The notes beneath the pieces were generated by a model. It was not told the origin of the DNA. It searched no databases and was given only the letters and a program-made list of their open reading frames with translations. The translations under genes were made by a program, and so were the position numbers. 64,000 bases of DNA from Chthoniobacterales bacterium (lineage in GTDB: Bacteria > Verrucomicrobiota > Verrucomicrobiia > Chthoniobacterales > UBA6821), in the NCBI GenBank assembly GCA_044236545.1, contig JBIIGI010000004.1, positions 6,094-70,093 of the forward strand, read 5' to 3'. Positions 9,065-17,004 of the stretch are shown here, piece after piece. The stretch's first letter is position 1, and each line of letters opens with the position of its first letter.

Positions 9065-10453
9065 TTAGTGGTCGTGCCCACAACCGGGGCCATGGACATG
9101 GGGTTCTTCATCATGGGAATGCTTGGTGTGAACGATTGGCTTGGGATCCTCTCCATTCACCCTAGCATGGGAGACAATCGTATCAAGGGCCTTGCCGAGG
9201 GCGATCTCCTCCTCGATGCCGGCGAGTGCACGGTGCTTCTGGAGTTCCTTGAGGAGTTTCTGCGGGGTCATCTGGTAGCGCTCGGCCATCGTGGTGACGC
9301 GCCAGGCAAGTTCCTCCCTGGAGACGCTGATCCCCTCCTTCCCGATCACCTCGCCCAGGATAAAGTTCAGCTTCACCTTGTCACCGGCGCTCTGGCGCGC
9401 GGCACCGAGCAACTCTTCCTGATGGGAACGGAGTTCCTCCTCGGAGACGCCGCGCTGCTGGTTCTCGCGGATGATCTCCTTGAGGATCGAGGTGCTCTCC
9501 TGCTGGACCATCGTGGAGGGAATATCGACCGTCACCATGGCGAGAAGCTGCTTCACGACATCGGCACGGACCTCACGGGTGAAATTCTCCTCGGCGTTGG
9601 CCTGTAGCCGCTCACGGACCTGCTCGCGGATCTTCTCAAGCGTCGATCCGGGGCTCAGCTTGGCGGCAAAGGCATCGTCAAGCGGAGGAAGTTCGCGCTC
9701 CTTGATCTCGTGGAGGGTCACCTTGTAGATCACCTTGTAGCCGCGAAGCTTCTCCTCGCCGAACTCGTTCGGGAACGCGACCGTGCAATCACGGGTCTCG
9801 CCCGTCTTCATGCCGGCCATGGATGCGGCGAGTCCCGGGATCGGGCGCTCATCTTCCAGCTTAATCCAGAAGTTCTTGCGTCCCGAGTAGGTCGGCTGCA
9901 GGTCGGGATAGGTCTCGGCAAGCGACTTGCCATCGATGGATCCCTCGTAGTCCAGCACTGCGAAATCACCCATCGCAAGGGGACGGCCCTCGACCGTCTT
10001 GAAGTCGGCCAAGTCGCCGCGGAGCCCCTCGAGGAATTCCTCCACCTGCTTCTCATCGACGGCAGGCTTCTCAACGGTCACCTGGAGTCCCTTGTATTCC
10101 GGAAGAGTGATTGCCGGGCGGGTCACCACGGTCGCCGTGAAGCGCAGGGCGCGATCACCCTCCAGCTTGATGTCGCGGACATTCGGGCTCTGGACCGGGG
10201 AGAGATTCTGCTGGGTGATTGCCTCACGGACGGCGAGATCTAGAAGCTTGCGGGTTACTTCCTGCTCGATCTCCTGGGAATATTTCTTCTCGACGATCGC
10301 GATCGGAGCCTTTCCCTTGCGGAATCCGGGAAGATTGGCCAGACGGCGGTATTCGGAGCCGACCTCTTTCCACTCCGCTTGGAAGCGCTCGGGCGGAACT
10401 TCAATATGCAGGTCGACGATGCAGGTCTCTTTCTGTTCGATGGTGACTTTCAT
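9065..10453 (-). CDS. tig: trigger factor with His/Cys-rich C-terminal tail
   Basis: [20 protein letters not shown] start, FKBP-type middle domain, tig-clpP-clpX synteny. ATG at 10453 preferred over the ORF start at 10528. Confidence 0.9.
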   Translation of the reverse strand: MKVTIEQKETCIVDLHIEVPPERFQAEWKEVGSEYRRLANLPGFRKGKAPIAIVEKKYSQEIEQEVTRKLLDLAVREAITQQNLSPVQSPNVRDIKLEGDRALRFTATVVTRPAITLPEYKGLQVTVEKPAVDEKQVEEFLEGLRGDLADFKTVEGRPLAMGDFAVLDYEGSIDGKSLAETYPDLQPTYSGRKNFWIKLEDERPIPGLAASMAGMKTGETRDCTVAFPNEFGEEKLRGYKVIYKVTLHEIKERELPPLDDAFAAKLSPGSTLEKIREQVRERLQANAEENFTREVRADVVKQLLAMVTVDIPSTMVQQESTSILKEIIRENQQRGVSEEELRSHQEELLGAARQSAGDKVKLNFILGEVIGKEGISVSREELAWRVTTMAERYQMTPQKLLKELQKHRALAGIEEEIALGKALDTIVSHARVNGEDPKPIVHTKHSHDEEPHVHGPGCGHDH

Positions 10454-10540
10454 GGTGAACGGATGAGCAAAGCACGGAGAACCTCCCGGGACAACCTCCA
10501 AAGGTGAATTTTTAGTGGCAGTCATCATGGAATAGCCTGT

Positions 10541-10584
10541 GATTCACCGTTTCACCCTTCATAATTCAACCTTCATCCCTTCCC
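10541..10584. repeat. family-4 word repeat, solo pyrimidine arm (TTCAYCCTTCATAATTCA words)
   Basis: 10558-10577 (ttcataattcaaccttcatc) is 19/20 complementary to 12462-12481. Lies 5 nt upstream of the SBP start codon. Confidence 0.8.
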
Positions 10585-10588
10585 TGCG

Positions 10589-12463
10589 ATGCGCACCCTC
10601 CGGCTCTTTCTCTACGGCATTCCGGCGGCGTTCCTTCTCCTGCTAGCGGCGGCATTCGTCAATGCCACCTATCTCTCGGTGGCCAAGAAGAACGAGATGT
10701 CCATCGGTACCTTGGGAGAGCCCTCCACCCTGAATCCTGTCCAGCAAGCCGACTCGGCCTCTTCACAGGTTGGCGGACTGATCTTCAACGGATTGATCAA
10801 ATACAATCAGGATCTTGAGATCGTGGGTGATCTGGCCATCAAGTGGGAGCTTTCGCAGGAGACGACGTTTCAATTCGCCACGGAGGAAGAGGCAGAAAGG
10901 GCAAACATGGCATTGGAACGTTGCCGGTTCATGCCCCTTGAGAGAATCTTGAAGGGGAAGTTGTTGACGCTGGTTCTTGAAGAGCCCGGTCTTAAGGAAT
11001 CGGATGATCTGAATCGGATCCTGAATGATAAGGGCCTTCACCCGCTCCCCTTCCCCGCCTTGGCACCCGGCGGCAAGGAACGTCCCTTCAAGGCCGAGCC
11101 GATCATCCGATTCACCCTGCGAGACGGTGTGCGCTGGCATGACGGAGCCCCCTTCACCTCGTCCGATGTCGCCTTCACCTGCAAGGCGATCATGGATGAG
11201 AAGGTTGCCTCCCCTCGCCGCTCCGACTTCGAGCTTGTCTCCTCCGTGGAGACACCCGATCCGCGCACCGTCGTCGTCCGCTATAAGAAACCCTTTTCCC
11301 CCGCGCTCCTCAGCTGGATGGGGGCGATCCTCCCGGAGCATCTCCTCGGCAAACTCGATCCCTCCAGATGGCCCGAGTCGTATAATCGGAAACCGATCGG
11401 CACGGGTCCCTTCAAGTTCAGCTCCTGGAAGACGAACGAGTTCATCCGGTTGGTCAAAAACCCCGACTATTTCCTCGGCTCACCGTGGCTTGATTCCGTC
11501 GTCTTCCGCGTCCTGCCGGATCCCCTAACCCTCCAACTGGCCTTCCAGACCAAGCAGGTCGATTTTTGGAATGTCAGTCCTTGGGCCGTGAAAGGTTTGG
11601 AGAAAGACCCTCGGTTCGATCTCTTCAGCGCCCCGGGCAACATGTACAACTACATCGGCTGGAATCTCCGCCGGCCCATGTTCCAGGACCTCAGTGTCAG
11701 GCAGGCTCTGGCCAAAGCCGTGAATGTCCCGCAGATGATCAAATACATCATCTATGGCCGTGGAGTTCAGTCGACCGGGCTCTTCACCCCCCAGGTCTGG
11801 TTCTTCGATCCCTCGATCAAACCCATCACCTACGATCCCGCGGCCGCCTGCAAGCTCCTAGATCAAGCAGGCTGGAAGGTCGGTCCGGACGGAATCCGCG
11901 TGAAGGATGGGAAGCGGTTCACCTTCACACTGCTCGCCAACAACGGCAACGAGGTTCGACGCGATATCGCCACCCTCGTCCAGGATGACCTCAAGCAGAT
12001 CGGCATCGAGGTGAAGGTGGAGATCTACGAGTGGGCCGTCCTGCTGAAGCGATTTGTCAGCAAGGGAGAGTTCGATGCCATCGTGCTCGGATGGGGGCTC
12101 GGCTATGACTTTGACCAGTACGCTATCTGGCACTCCAGCCAGACCCATCCGGAAGAACTGAACTTCATCGGCTACAACAACCCTGAAGCCGACCATCTGC
12201 TGACCGATCTCCGCCAAGAATACGCACGTCCCGAGATCATCCGGCTCGCCGGGAAACTCCAGCAGACGATCTACGCCGACCAACCCTACCTCTTCCTCTT
12301 TGTCCCCGAGGGAACCGAGGTGATGTGGAAAGGCGCCTACCGACTCCGTCATCCAGGCCCGAAGCCCGGCGAATGGATCGACGAACCCGTACGGATGACC
12401 AAGGCTGGATGGAGTTACGACATGGAGTGGTTTTATCGTCCGGAGTATCCGCCAAAACAATGA
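10589..12463 (+). CDS. ABC transporter substrate-binding protein, family 5 (Opp/Dpp-type)
   Basis: 624 aa. N-terminal signal/anchor. LRDGVRWHDGAPFTSSDVAFT motif typical of peptide/nickel SBPs. Carries an extra ~80-aa segment (aa 92-171). Confidence 0.85.
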   Translation: MRTLRLFLYGIPAAFLLLLAAAFVNATYLSVAKKNEMSIGTLGEPSTLNPVQQADSASSQVGGLIFNGLIKYNQDLEIVGDLAIKWELSQETTFQFATEEEAERANMALERCRFMPLERILKGKLLTLVLEEPGLKESDDLNRILNDKGLHPLPFPALAPGGKERPFKAEPIIRFTLRDGVRWHDGAPFTSSDVAFTCKAIMDEKVASPRRSDFELVSSVETPDPRTVVVRYKKPFSPALLSWMGAILPEHLLGKLDPSRWPESYNRKPIGTGPFKFSSWKTNEFIRLVKNPDYFLGSPWLDSVVFRVLPDPLTLQLAFQTKQVDFWNVSPWAVKGLEKDPRFDLFSAPGNMYNYIGWNLRRPMFQDLSVRQALAKAVNVPQMIKYIIYGRGVQSTGLFTPQVWFFDPSIKPITYDPAAACKLLDQAGWKVGPDGIRVKDGKRFTFTLLANNGNEVRRDIATLVQDDLKQIGIEVKVEIYEWAVLLKRFVSKGEFDAIVLGWGLGYDFDQYAIWHSSQTHPEELNFIGYNNPEADHLLTDLRQEYARPEIIRLAGKLQQTIYADQPYLFLFVPEGTEVMWKGAYRLRHPGPKPGEWIDEPVRMTKAGWSYDMEWFYRPEYPPKQ

Positions 12464-12585
12464 TGAAGGATGAATTATGAAAAATCTCAAAAGCTCTTTC
12501 CCTTCCCGGAGCAAGGCCGCAGTTCCTAATTGGACGCAGTCCTCTCTCCCTTTCATCATTCATCCTTCATAATTCATCCTTTCCC
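12461..12585. repeat. family-4 hairpin element filling the SBP-permease spacer (empty version)
   Basis: Purine arm gatgaaggatgaattatgaa (12462-12481) and pyrimidine arm ttcatcattcatccttcataattcatcc (12552-12579) are inverted repeats (18/20), separated by a ~70-nt loop. Confidence 0.85.
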
Positions 12586-12588
12586 CCG

Positions 12589-13551
12589 GTGACCTCCTTC
12601 CTGATCCGCCGTCTTTCCCTGAGCGTGGTGCTGCTCTTCATCATCAGTATCATCAGCTTCTTCATCGTCACGATGACGCCGGGTAGTCCCTACCCGTGGG
12701 GCGAGCTCAACCCAAAGATCTCAGCCGAAGTGAAGGCCAACTTCCGCAAAAAGTTCCACCTCGACCGCCCCCTTCACGAGCAATACACGCTCATGATGAA
12801 GGATCTCTTCACGGGAGATCTGCGCAGCATCAAGGATGACCGGCCCGTGATGGGAAAGATCATGGAGCGACTTCCGGCCACCCTCGCGCTCAATATCACC
12901 GCGATCCTCATCTCACTCTCCTTCGGAACCCTGCTTGGCGTCTACGCCGCAAGGAACGCCGGAAAGTGGCAGGACATGGCCGGATCCTTCCTCGCCTTCC
13001 TCTTCATCGCCCTGCCTGGATTCTGGGTCTCTTATCTGCTGGCGATCGTGCTGGTGAAGGGTTTCGGCGTCCCGATTCTCGGCACCCACAGCTACGGCAT
13101 CGTCTTCCCCAACGACTTCGCCGCGGGACTCGACACTCTCTGGCACCTCCTGATCCCGGCCACGATTCTCGCCATCGGAGGAATCGCCTCCCAGTCGCGC
13201 TACCTCCGGGCCACGATGATCGGGACACTCCGCGAGGATTACATCCGGACCTCCCGGGCCAAGGGACTTGCCGAAGAGATAGTCCTCTACAAGCATGCTC
13301 TCAGAAACTCCATCCGTCCGCTTGTCACCGGCATCGGGATGCTCCTTCCGGCGCTCATCAGTGGCTCCGTGATCATCGAGAGCATCTTCGCCTACCCGGG
13401 CATGGGACGGCTTGGCTACGAGGCAGTGCTGGAACGTGACTACCCCACCTTGGTGGCGTTGAACTTTGTCGTGGCCGCCCTGGTGCTCCTCGGAAACCTG
13501 GTCTCGGACCTTCTCTATGCGGCCGTCGATCCGCGCGTTCGCCTCGAATAG
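12589..13551 (+). CDS. ABC transporter permease (DppB/OppB-like)
   Basis: 320 aa, GTG start, multi-TM. Contains the EAA-loop region (YIRTSRAKGL). Confidence 0.85.
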   Translation: MTSFLIRRLSLSVVLLFIISIISFFIVTMTPGSPYPWGELNPKISAEVKANFRKKFHLDRPLHEQYTLMMKDLFTGDLRSIKDDRPVMGKIMERLPATLALNITAILISLSFGTLLGVYAARNAGKWQDMAGSFLAFLFIALPGFWVSYLLAIVLVKGFGVPILGTHSYGIVFPNDFAAGLDTLWHLLIPATILAIGGIASQSRYLRATMIGTLREDYIRTSRAKGLAEEIVLYKHALRNSIRPLVTGIGMLLPALISGSVIIESIFAYPGMGRLGYEAVLERDYPTLVALNFVVAALVLLGNLVSDLLYAAVDPRVRLE

Positions 13552-13552
13552 C

Positions 13553-14431
13553 ATGAACTCCGGACCCGCCACTGTTTCCGAAACACCCACGGGAAGGATC
13601 CTGCGCCGCTTCCGCGCCGATCCCCTCGCCCGGATCTCGGTCGTGATCATCGTTCTCTTCGCCCTGCTGGCAGGGGGGACTGCCCTTCTCTCGGCCTTCG
13701 ATCATCACTGGCCCTGCGATCCCAATGTCACCAACCTCGAGCTGAAACTCCTCCCCCCCTCGGTCCAGCACTGGCTTGGAACCGATAATCTCGGCCGCGA
13801 TGTCCTCTCGCGAATGCTCCACGGCGCCTCGATCTCACTGAGCGTGGGGCTGATCGCCGTCTTTGTCTCGCTTGCCATCGGCATGGTGGTGGGAGCCGTT
13901 GCCGGTTATTTCGGCGGCCTCACCGACCAGATCCTGATGCGCTCGGTCGATGCCCTGCTCTGCTTCCCGACCTTCTTCCTCATCCTGACCGCCGTGGCAC
14001 TCCTCGGCCCCAGCCTGCTGAATATCGTCGTCGTGATCGGCTTCGTGAGTTGGACGGGGACGGCTCGACTGGTGCGAGGGGAGTTCCTGACTCTCCGCGA
14101 GACGGAATACGTCAAGGGAGCCCTGATCCTTGGGCAGAACGCCCGGAGAATCATCACACGCCATATCCTGCCGAATGCCGCCGCACCGATCTTCGTGACC
14201 GCAGTGCTTGGCATCCCCGACGCGATCCTCTCGGAGGCGGGCCTCAGCTTCCTCGGGTTCGGTGTCCAGCCTCCCCAAGCGACTTGGGGAAACATCATCG
14301 CCGACGGAAAGACCTACCTTCTCGACGCCTGGTGGCTGATCCTCTTTCCCGGACTCGCCATCTTCATCGCCTCGCTGTCATTCTACCTTGCGGGGGATGC
14401 CCTGAGGGAGGCGGCGGAAAGCAGGGGCTGA
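13553..14431 (+). CDS. ABC transporter permease (DppC/OppC-like)
   Basis: ATG at 13553 lies 1 nt after the upstream stop; the ORF-track start at 13466 overlaps. Has the N-terminal OppC-type segment and the YVKGALILGQNARRII EAA loop. Confidence 0.85.
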   Translation: MNSGPATVSETPTGRILRRFRADPLARISVVIIVLFALLAGGTALLSAFDHHWPCDPNVTNLELKLLPPSVQHWLGTDNLGRDVLSRMLHGASISLSVGLIAVFVSLAIGMVVGAVAGYFGGLTDQILMRSVDALLCFPTFFLILTAVALLGPSLLNIVVVIGFVSWTGTARLVRGEFLTLRETEYVKGALILGQNARRIITRHILPNAAAPIFVTAVLGIPDAILSEAGLSFLGFGVQPPQATWGNIIADGKTYLLDAWWLILFPGLAIFIASLSFYLAGDALREAAESRG

Positions 14432-14846
14432 TGATGAAGGATGAATGATGAGGGATGAAAAGACACCCCCGGTTGAGCTTTCCGCAAGGACGAAGGAATT
14501 CGCCCTTCGGGTGATCAGGCTTTTCTGTTCCCTTCCCAAGAACACCCAGGCCCAAGTATTGGGAAAGCAGGCTCATAGATCAGGAACATCCGTTGGAGCA
14601 AATTACCGCGAAGCCAAACGTTCCAGGTCCAAGCCAGAGTTCATCTCCATCATCGGAGTTTGTATCAAGGAATTGGATGAAACCGCCTACTGGCTCGAGT
14701 TGCTGATTGAATCAGATATCGTCTCCTCTCAGAAATTGAAGGATCTTTATCAAGAGTGAGATCAACTCATCGCCATCCTCACGACCATTTCCAAGAAGAC
14801 CAAGGCCTCCGCCATTCATACTTCATAATTCATCCCTCATATTTTC
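14430..14846. repeat. family-4 hairpin element carrying a four-helix-bundle gene (filled version)
   Basis: Purine arm at 14430-14459 (gatgatgaaggatgaatgatgagggatgaa). Pyrimidine arm at 14814-14840 (attcatacttcataattcatccctcat). There is a perfect 12-nt complement (14448-14459 vs 14829-14840), plus shifted-register pairing. Confidence 0.7.
14445..14759 (+). CDS. four-helix-bundle protein (23S rRNA intervening-sequence protein family), C-terminally truncated by an in-frame TGA
   Basis: Motifs FALRVIRL...LGKQAHRSGTSVGANYREA...EFISIIGVCIKELDETAYWLELL. After TGA (14757-59) the same frame continues DQLIAILTTISKKTKASAIHTS to TAA at 14826-14828, which resembles the family's C-terminus. Confidence 0.75.
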   Translation: MMRDEKTPPVELSARTKEFALRVIRLFCSLPKNTQAQVLGKQAHRSGTSVGANYREAKRSRSKPEFISIIGVCIKELDETAYWLELLIESDIVSSQKLKDLYQE

Positions 14847-14874
14847 TCAATCCTTCTGCATTTTGCCTTTTCCC

Positions 14875-15705
14875 ATGCTCTCCATCCGCAACCTTAAAAT
14901 CGCTTTCCGCTCGGGCGACACCGTCACTCCTGCTCTTCGGGGAGTTTCCTTGGAACTTGGCAAGGGCGAGACGCTTGCGATCGTGGGCGAAAGCGGTAGC
15001 GGAAAGAGCGTGACCGCCCTCGCCATCACGCGCCTACTCCCCTCGCCTCCCGCCATTTACCAAGGCGGTGAGATCATCTTTGAGGGAAAGGATCTCCTGA
15101 CCGCCTCCGACACCGAACTGCGCCTGGTACGCGGAGGCAGGATCGCCTACGTCTTTCAGGAGCCATCCACCTCGCTGAATCCCGTCTACTCGATCCGCAG
15201 CCAGATCGCCGAGATGATCAGCCTGCACCGCCCCGATGTGAGCGACATCGATGCCGAGATCATCCGTTGGCTCGATGCGGTCGGGATCGTCGACCCGGCT
15301 TCGAGGCTCCACGACTATCCCCATCAACTCAGCGGCGGCATGCAGCAGCGCGTCATGATCGCCATGGCTCTCTCGGCCCGCCCCGATCTGCTCATTGCGG
15401 ACGAACCGACCACGGCCCTCGATGTCACGATCCAGAAGCAGATTCTCGACAAGCTTAGGGAACTCCAGCGCGATCTCGGCATGGCCGTTATTCTGATCAC
15501 CCACAACTTCGCCATCATCCGCGGCCTGGCCCGCCATGTGGCCGTCATGTACCGCGGCGAAGTCGTCGAATACGGAGAGACTGATCAGGTGCTCCGCAAT
15601 CCCCAACATCCCTACACACGGGCGCTCATCGCCTGCATTCCGCGTCTCGGGGACCGTCGCAGGAGGCTCCCCACCATCATCGAACAGAACGGACCCAGAC
15701 CATGA
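14875..15705 (+). CDS. ABC transporter ATP-binding protein (DppD/OppD-like)
   Basis: Walker A GESGSGKS, signature LSGGMQQR, Walker [13 protein letters not shown]. The ORF-track start at 14863 is a TTG, so ATG at 14875 is preferred. No second ATPase gene follows. Confidence 0.9.
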   Translation: MLSIRNLKIAFRSGDTVTPALRGVSLELGKGETLAIVGESGSGKSVTALAITRLLPSPPAIYQGGEIIFEGKDLLTASDTELRLVRGGRIAYVFQEPSTSLNPVYSIRSQIAEMISLHRPDVSDIDAEIIRWLDAVGIVDPASRLHDYPHQLSGGMQQRVMIAMALSARPDLLIADEPTTALDVTIQKQILDKLRELQRDLGMAVILITHNFAIIRGLARHVAVMYRGEVVEYGETDQVLRNPQHPYTRALIACIPRLGDRRRRLPTIIEQNGPRP

Positions 15706-16073
15706 TCAGCCGCTACAACGATCTCGCCGCCAACGAACGGACCTACCTTGCTTGGATCAGGACTTCCCTTGCCCTGATCGCCTTCGGGTTTCTGCTCGAA
15801 CGTTTTGACCTCGTGGTGAGGGCCTTTGCAAAATCAATGACGGACGGGAGACTGCAGATGACCTCGCCACTCGGCAGGGAAGCGGGCATTGTCCTTGTCG
15901 CATTCGGCCTCATCCTCATGCTCCTCTCCACGTGGCGCTTCACCGTCACCACCCGCCTGATCCGCAGCGCGAAGGAAGAAGTCTACGGCTTCCGCGGAGT
16001 CCTGCTCACGGGTGGAATCTTCATCCTGCTTGCGATCTTCGTCCTGCTCTACGTCACCCGGTTCCTTTTTTGA
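15702..16073 (+). CDS. DUF202 (YidH-like) membrane protein
   Basis: NERTYLAWIRTSLALIAFGF motif, 3 TM segments. ATGA overlap with the ATPase stop. Confidence 0.75.
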   Translation: MISRYNDLAANERTYLAWIRTSLALIAFGFLLERFDLVVRAFAKSMTDGRLQMTSPLGREAGIVLVAFGLILMLLSTWRFTVTTRLIRSAKEEVYGFRGVLLTGGIFILLAIFVLLYVTRFLF

Positions 16074-16247
16074 GGCTGCGGCCCCGGAACTCAAAATGGC
16101 GAAAGGTTTTTTATCCGCGTACGGGTTAGCGCGGACCTTCTGCTATTCCTCCGGAAAGCAAGACGAGCGAGCGCGCCAGGGATTTTGAGCACGACGCCTT
16201 CACCTCCTCTCTTTCCAAAGCGGATACAACCAGATTAGGATTAGTGG

Positions 16248-16997
16248 ATGCACAAACTTGTCCTCATCCGTCATGGTGAAAGCACTTGGAACCGTGAAAA
16301 CCGTTTCACTGGATGGACCGATGTCGATCTGAACGAAAAAGGGCTGGGAGAGGCCGGGGCCGCGGGGGAACTTCTCAAGAAAGAGGGTTACTCCTTTGAC
16401 CGAGCCTACGTCTCCGTTCTCAAGCGCGCCCTCCGCACTCTTTGGATGATCCTCGACGAACTCGACGAACTCTGGATTCCGGTCGAGCGCTCATGGCGAC
16501 TCAACGAGCGCCACTATGGCTCCCTTCAGGGACTGAACAAGGCCGAGACCGCCGCCAAGTTCGGGGAGGAGCAGGTGCTGGTCTGGCGACGCAGCTATGA
16601 CATACCCCCGCCACCCCTCGAAAAAAGCGACGATCGCTGGCCCGGACACGATGCCCGCTACAGGAATGTGCCCCAATCCGACCTCCCCCTCACCGAATGC
16701 CTGAAGGACACGGTGGAACGCGTCCTCCCCTACTGGCACGATGAGATCGCCCCTGCCGTGAAGCGCGGAGAGAAGGTTCTCGTGGCGGCTCATGGCAACA
16801 CGCTCCGCGCCCTGGTGAAATATTTCGACAACCTGAGCGAGGAGGAAGTCCTTGCCCTCAATATCCCGACGGGCGTCCCGCTCGTCTATGAACTCGACGA
16901 TGATCTCAAGCCGATCCGTCACTATTACCTGGGCGATCAGGAGGCCATCGCCGCCGCAATGGCCGCCGTCGCCTCGCAGGGAAAGGCCAAACATTAA
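16248..16997 (+). CDS. gpmA: 2,3-bisphosphoglycerate-dependent phosphoglycerate mutase
   Basis: [18 protein letters not shown] catalytic-His motif and RLNERHYG. 249 aa. Confidence 0.95.
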   Translation: MHKLVLIRHGESTWNRENRFTGWTDVDLNEKGLGEAGAAGELLKKEGYSFDRAYVSVLKRALRTLWMILDELDELWIPVERSWRLNERHYGSLQGLNKAETAAKFGEEQVLVWRRSYDIPPPPLEKSDDRWPGHDARYRNVPQSDLPLTECLKDTVERVLPYWHDEIAPAVKRGEKVLVAAHGNTLRALVKYFDNLSEEEVLALNIPTGVPLVYELDDDLKPIRHYYLGDQEAIAAAMAAVASQGKAKH

Positions 16998-17004
16998 GTC
17001 CTCC

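Noticed and set aside
14757-14759. In-frame TGA of the four-helix-bundle gene as selenocysteine or programmed readthrough.
   Set aside because: No SECIS-like hairpin follows immediately, and the family is not known to contain selenocysteine. A nonsense mutation or a naturally shorter protein is more parsimonious.
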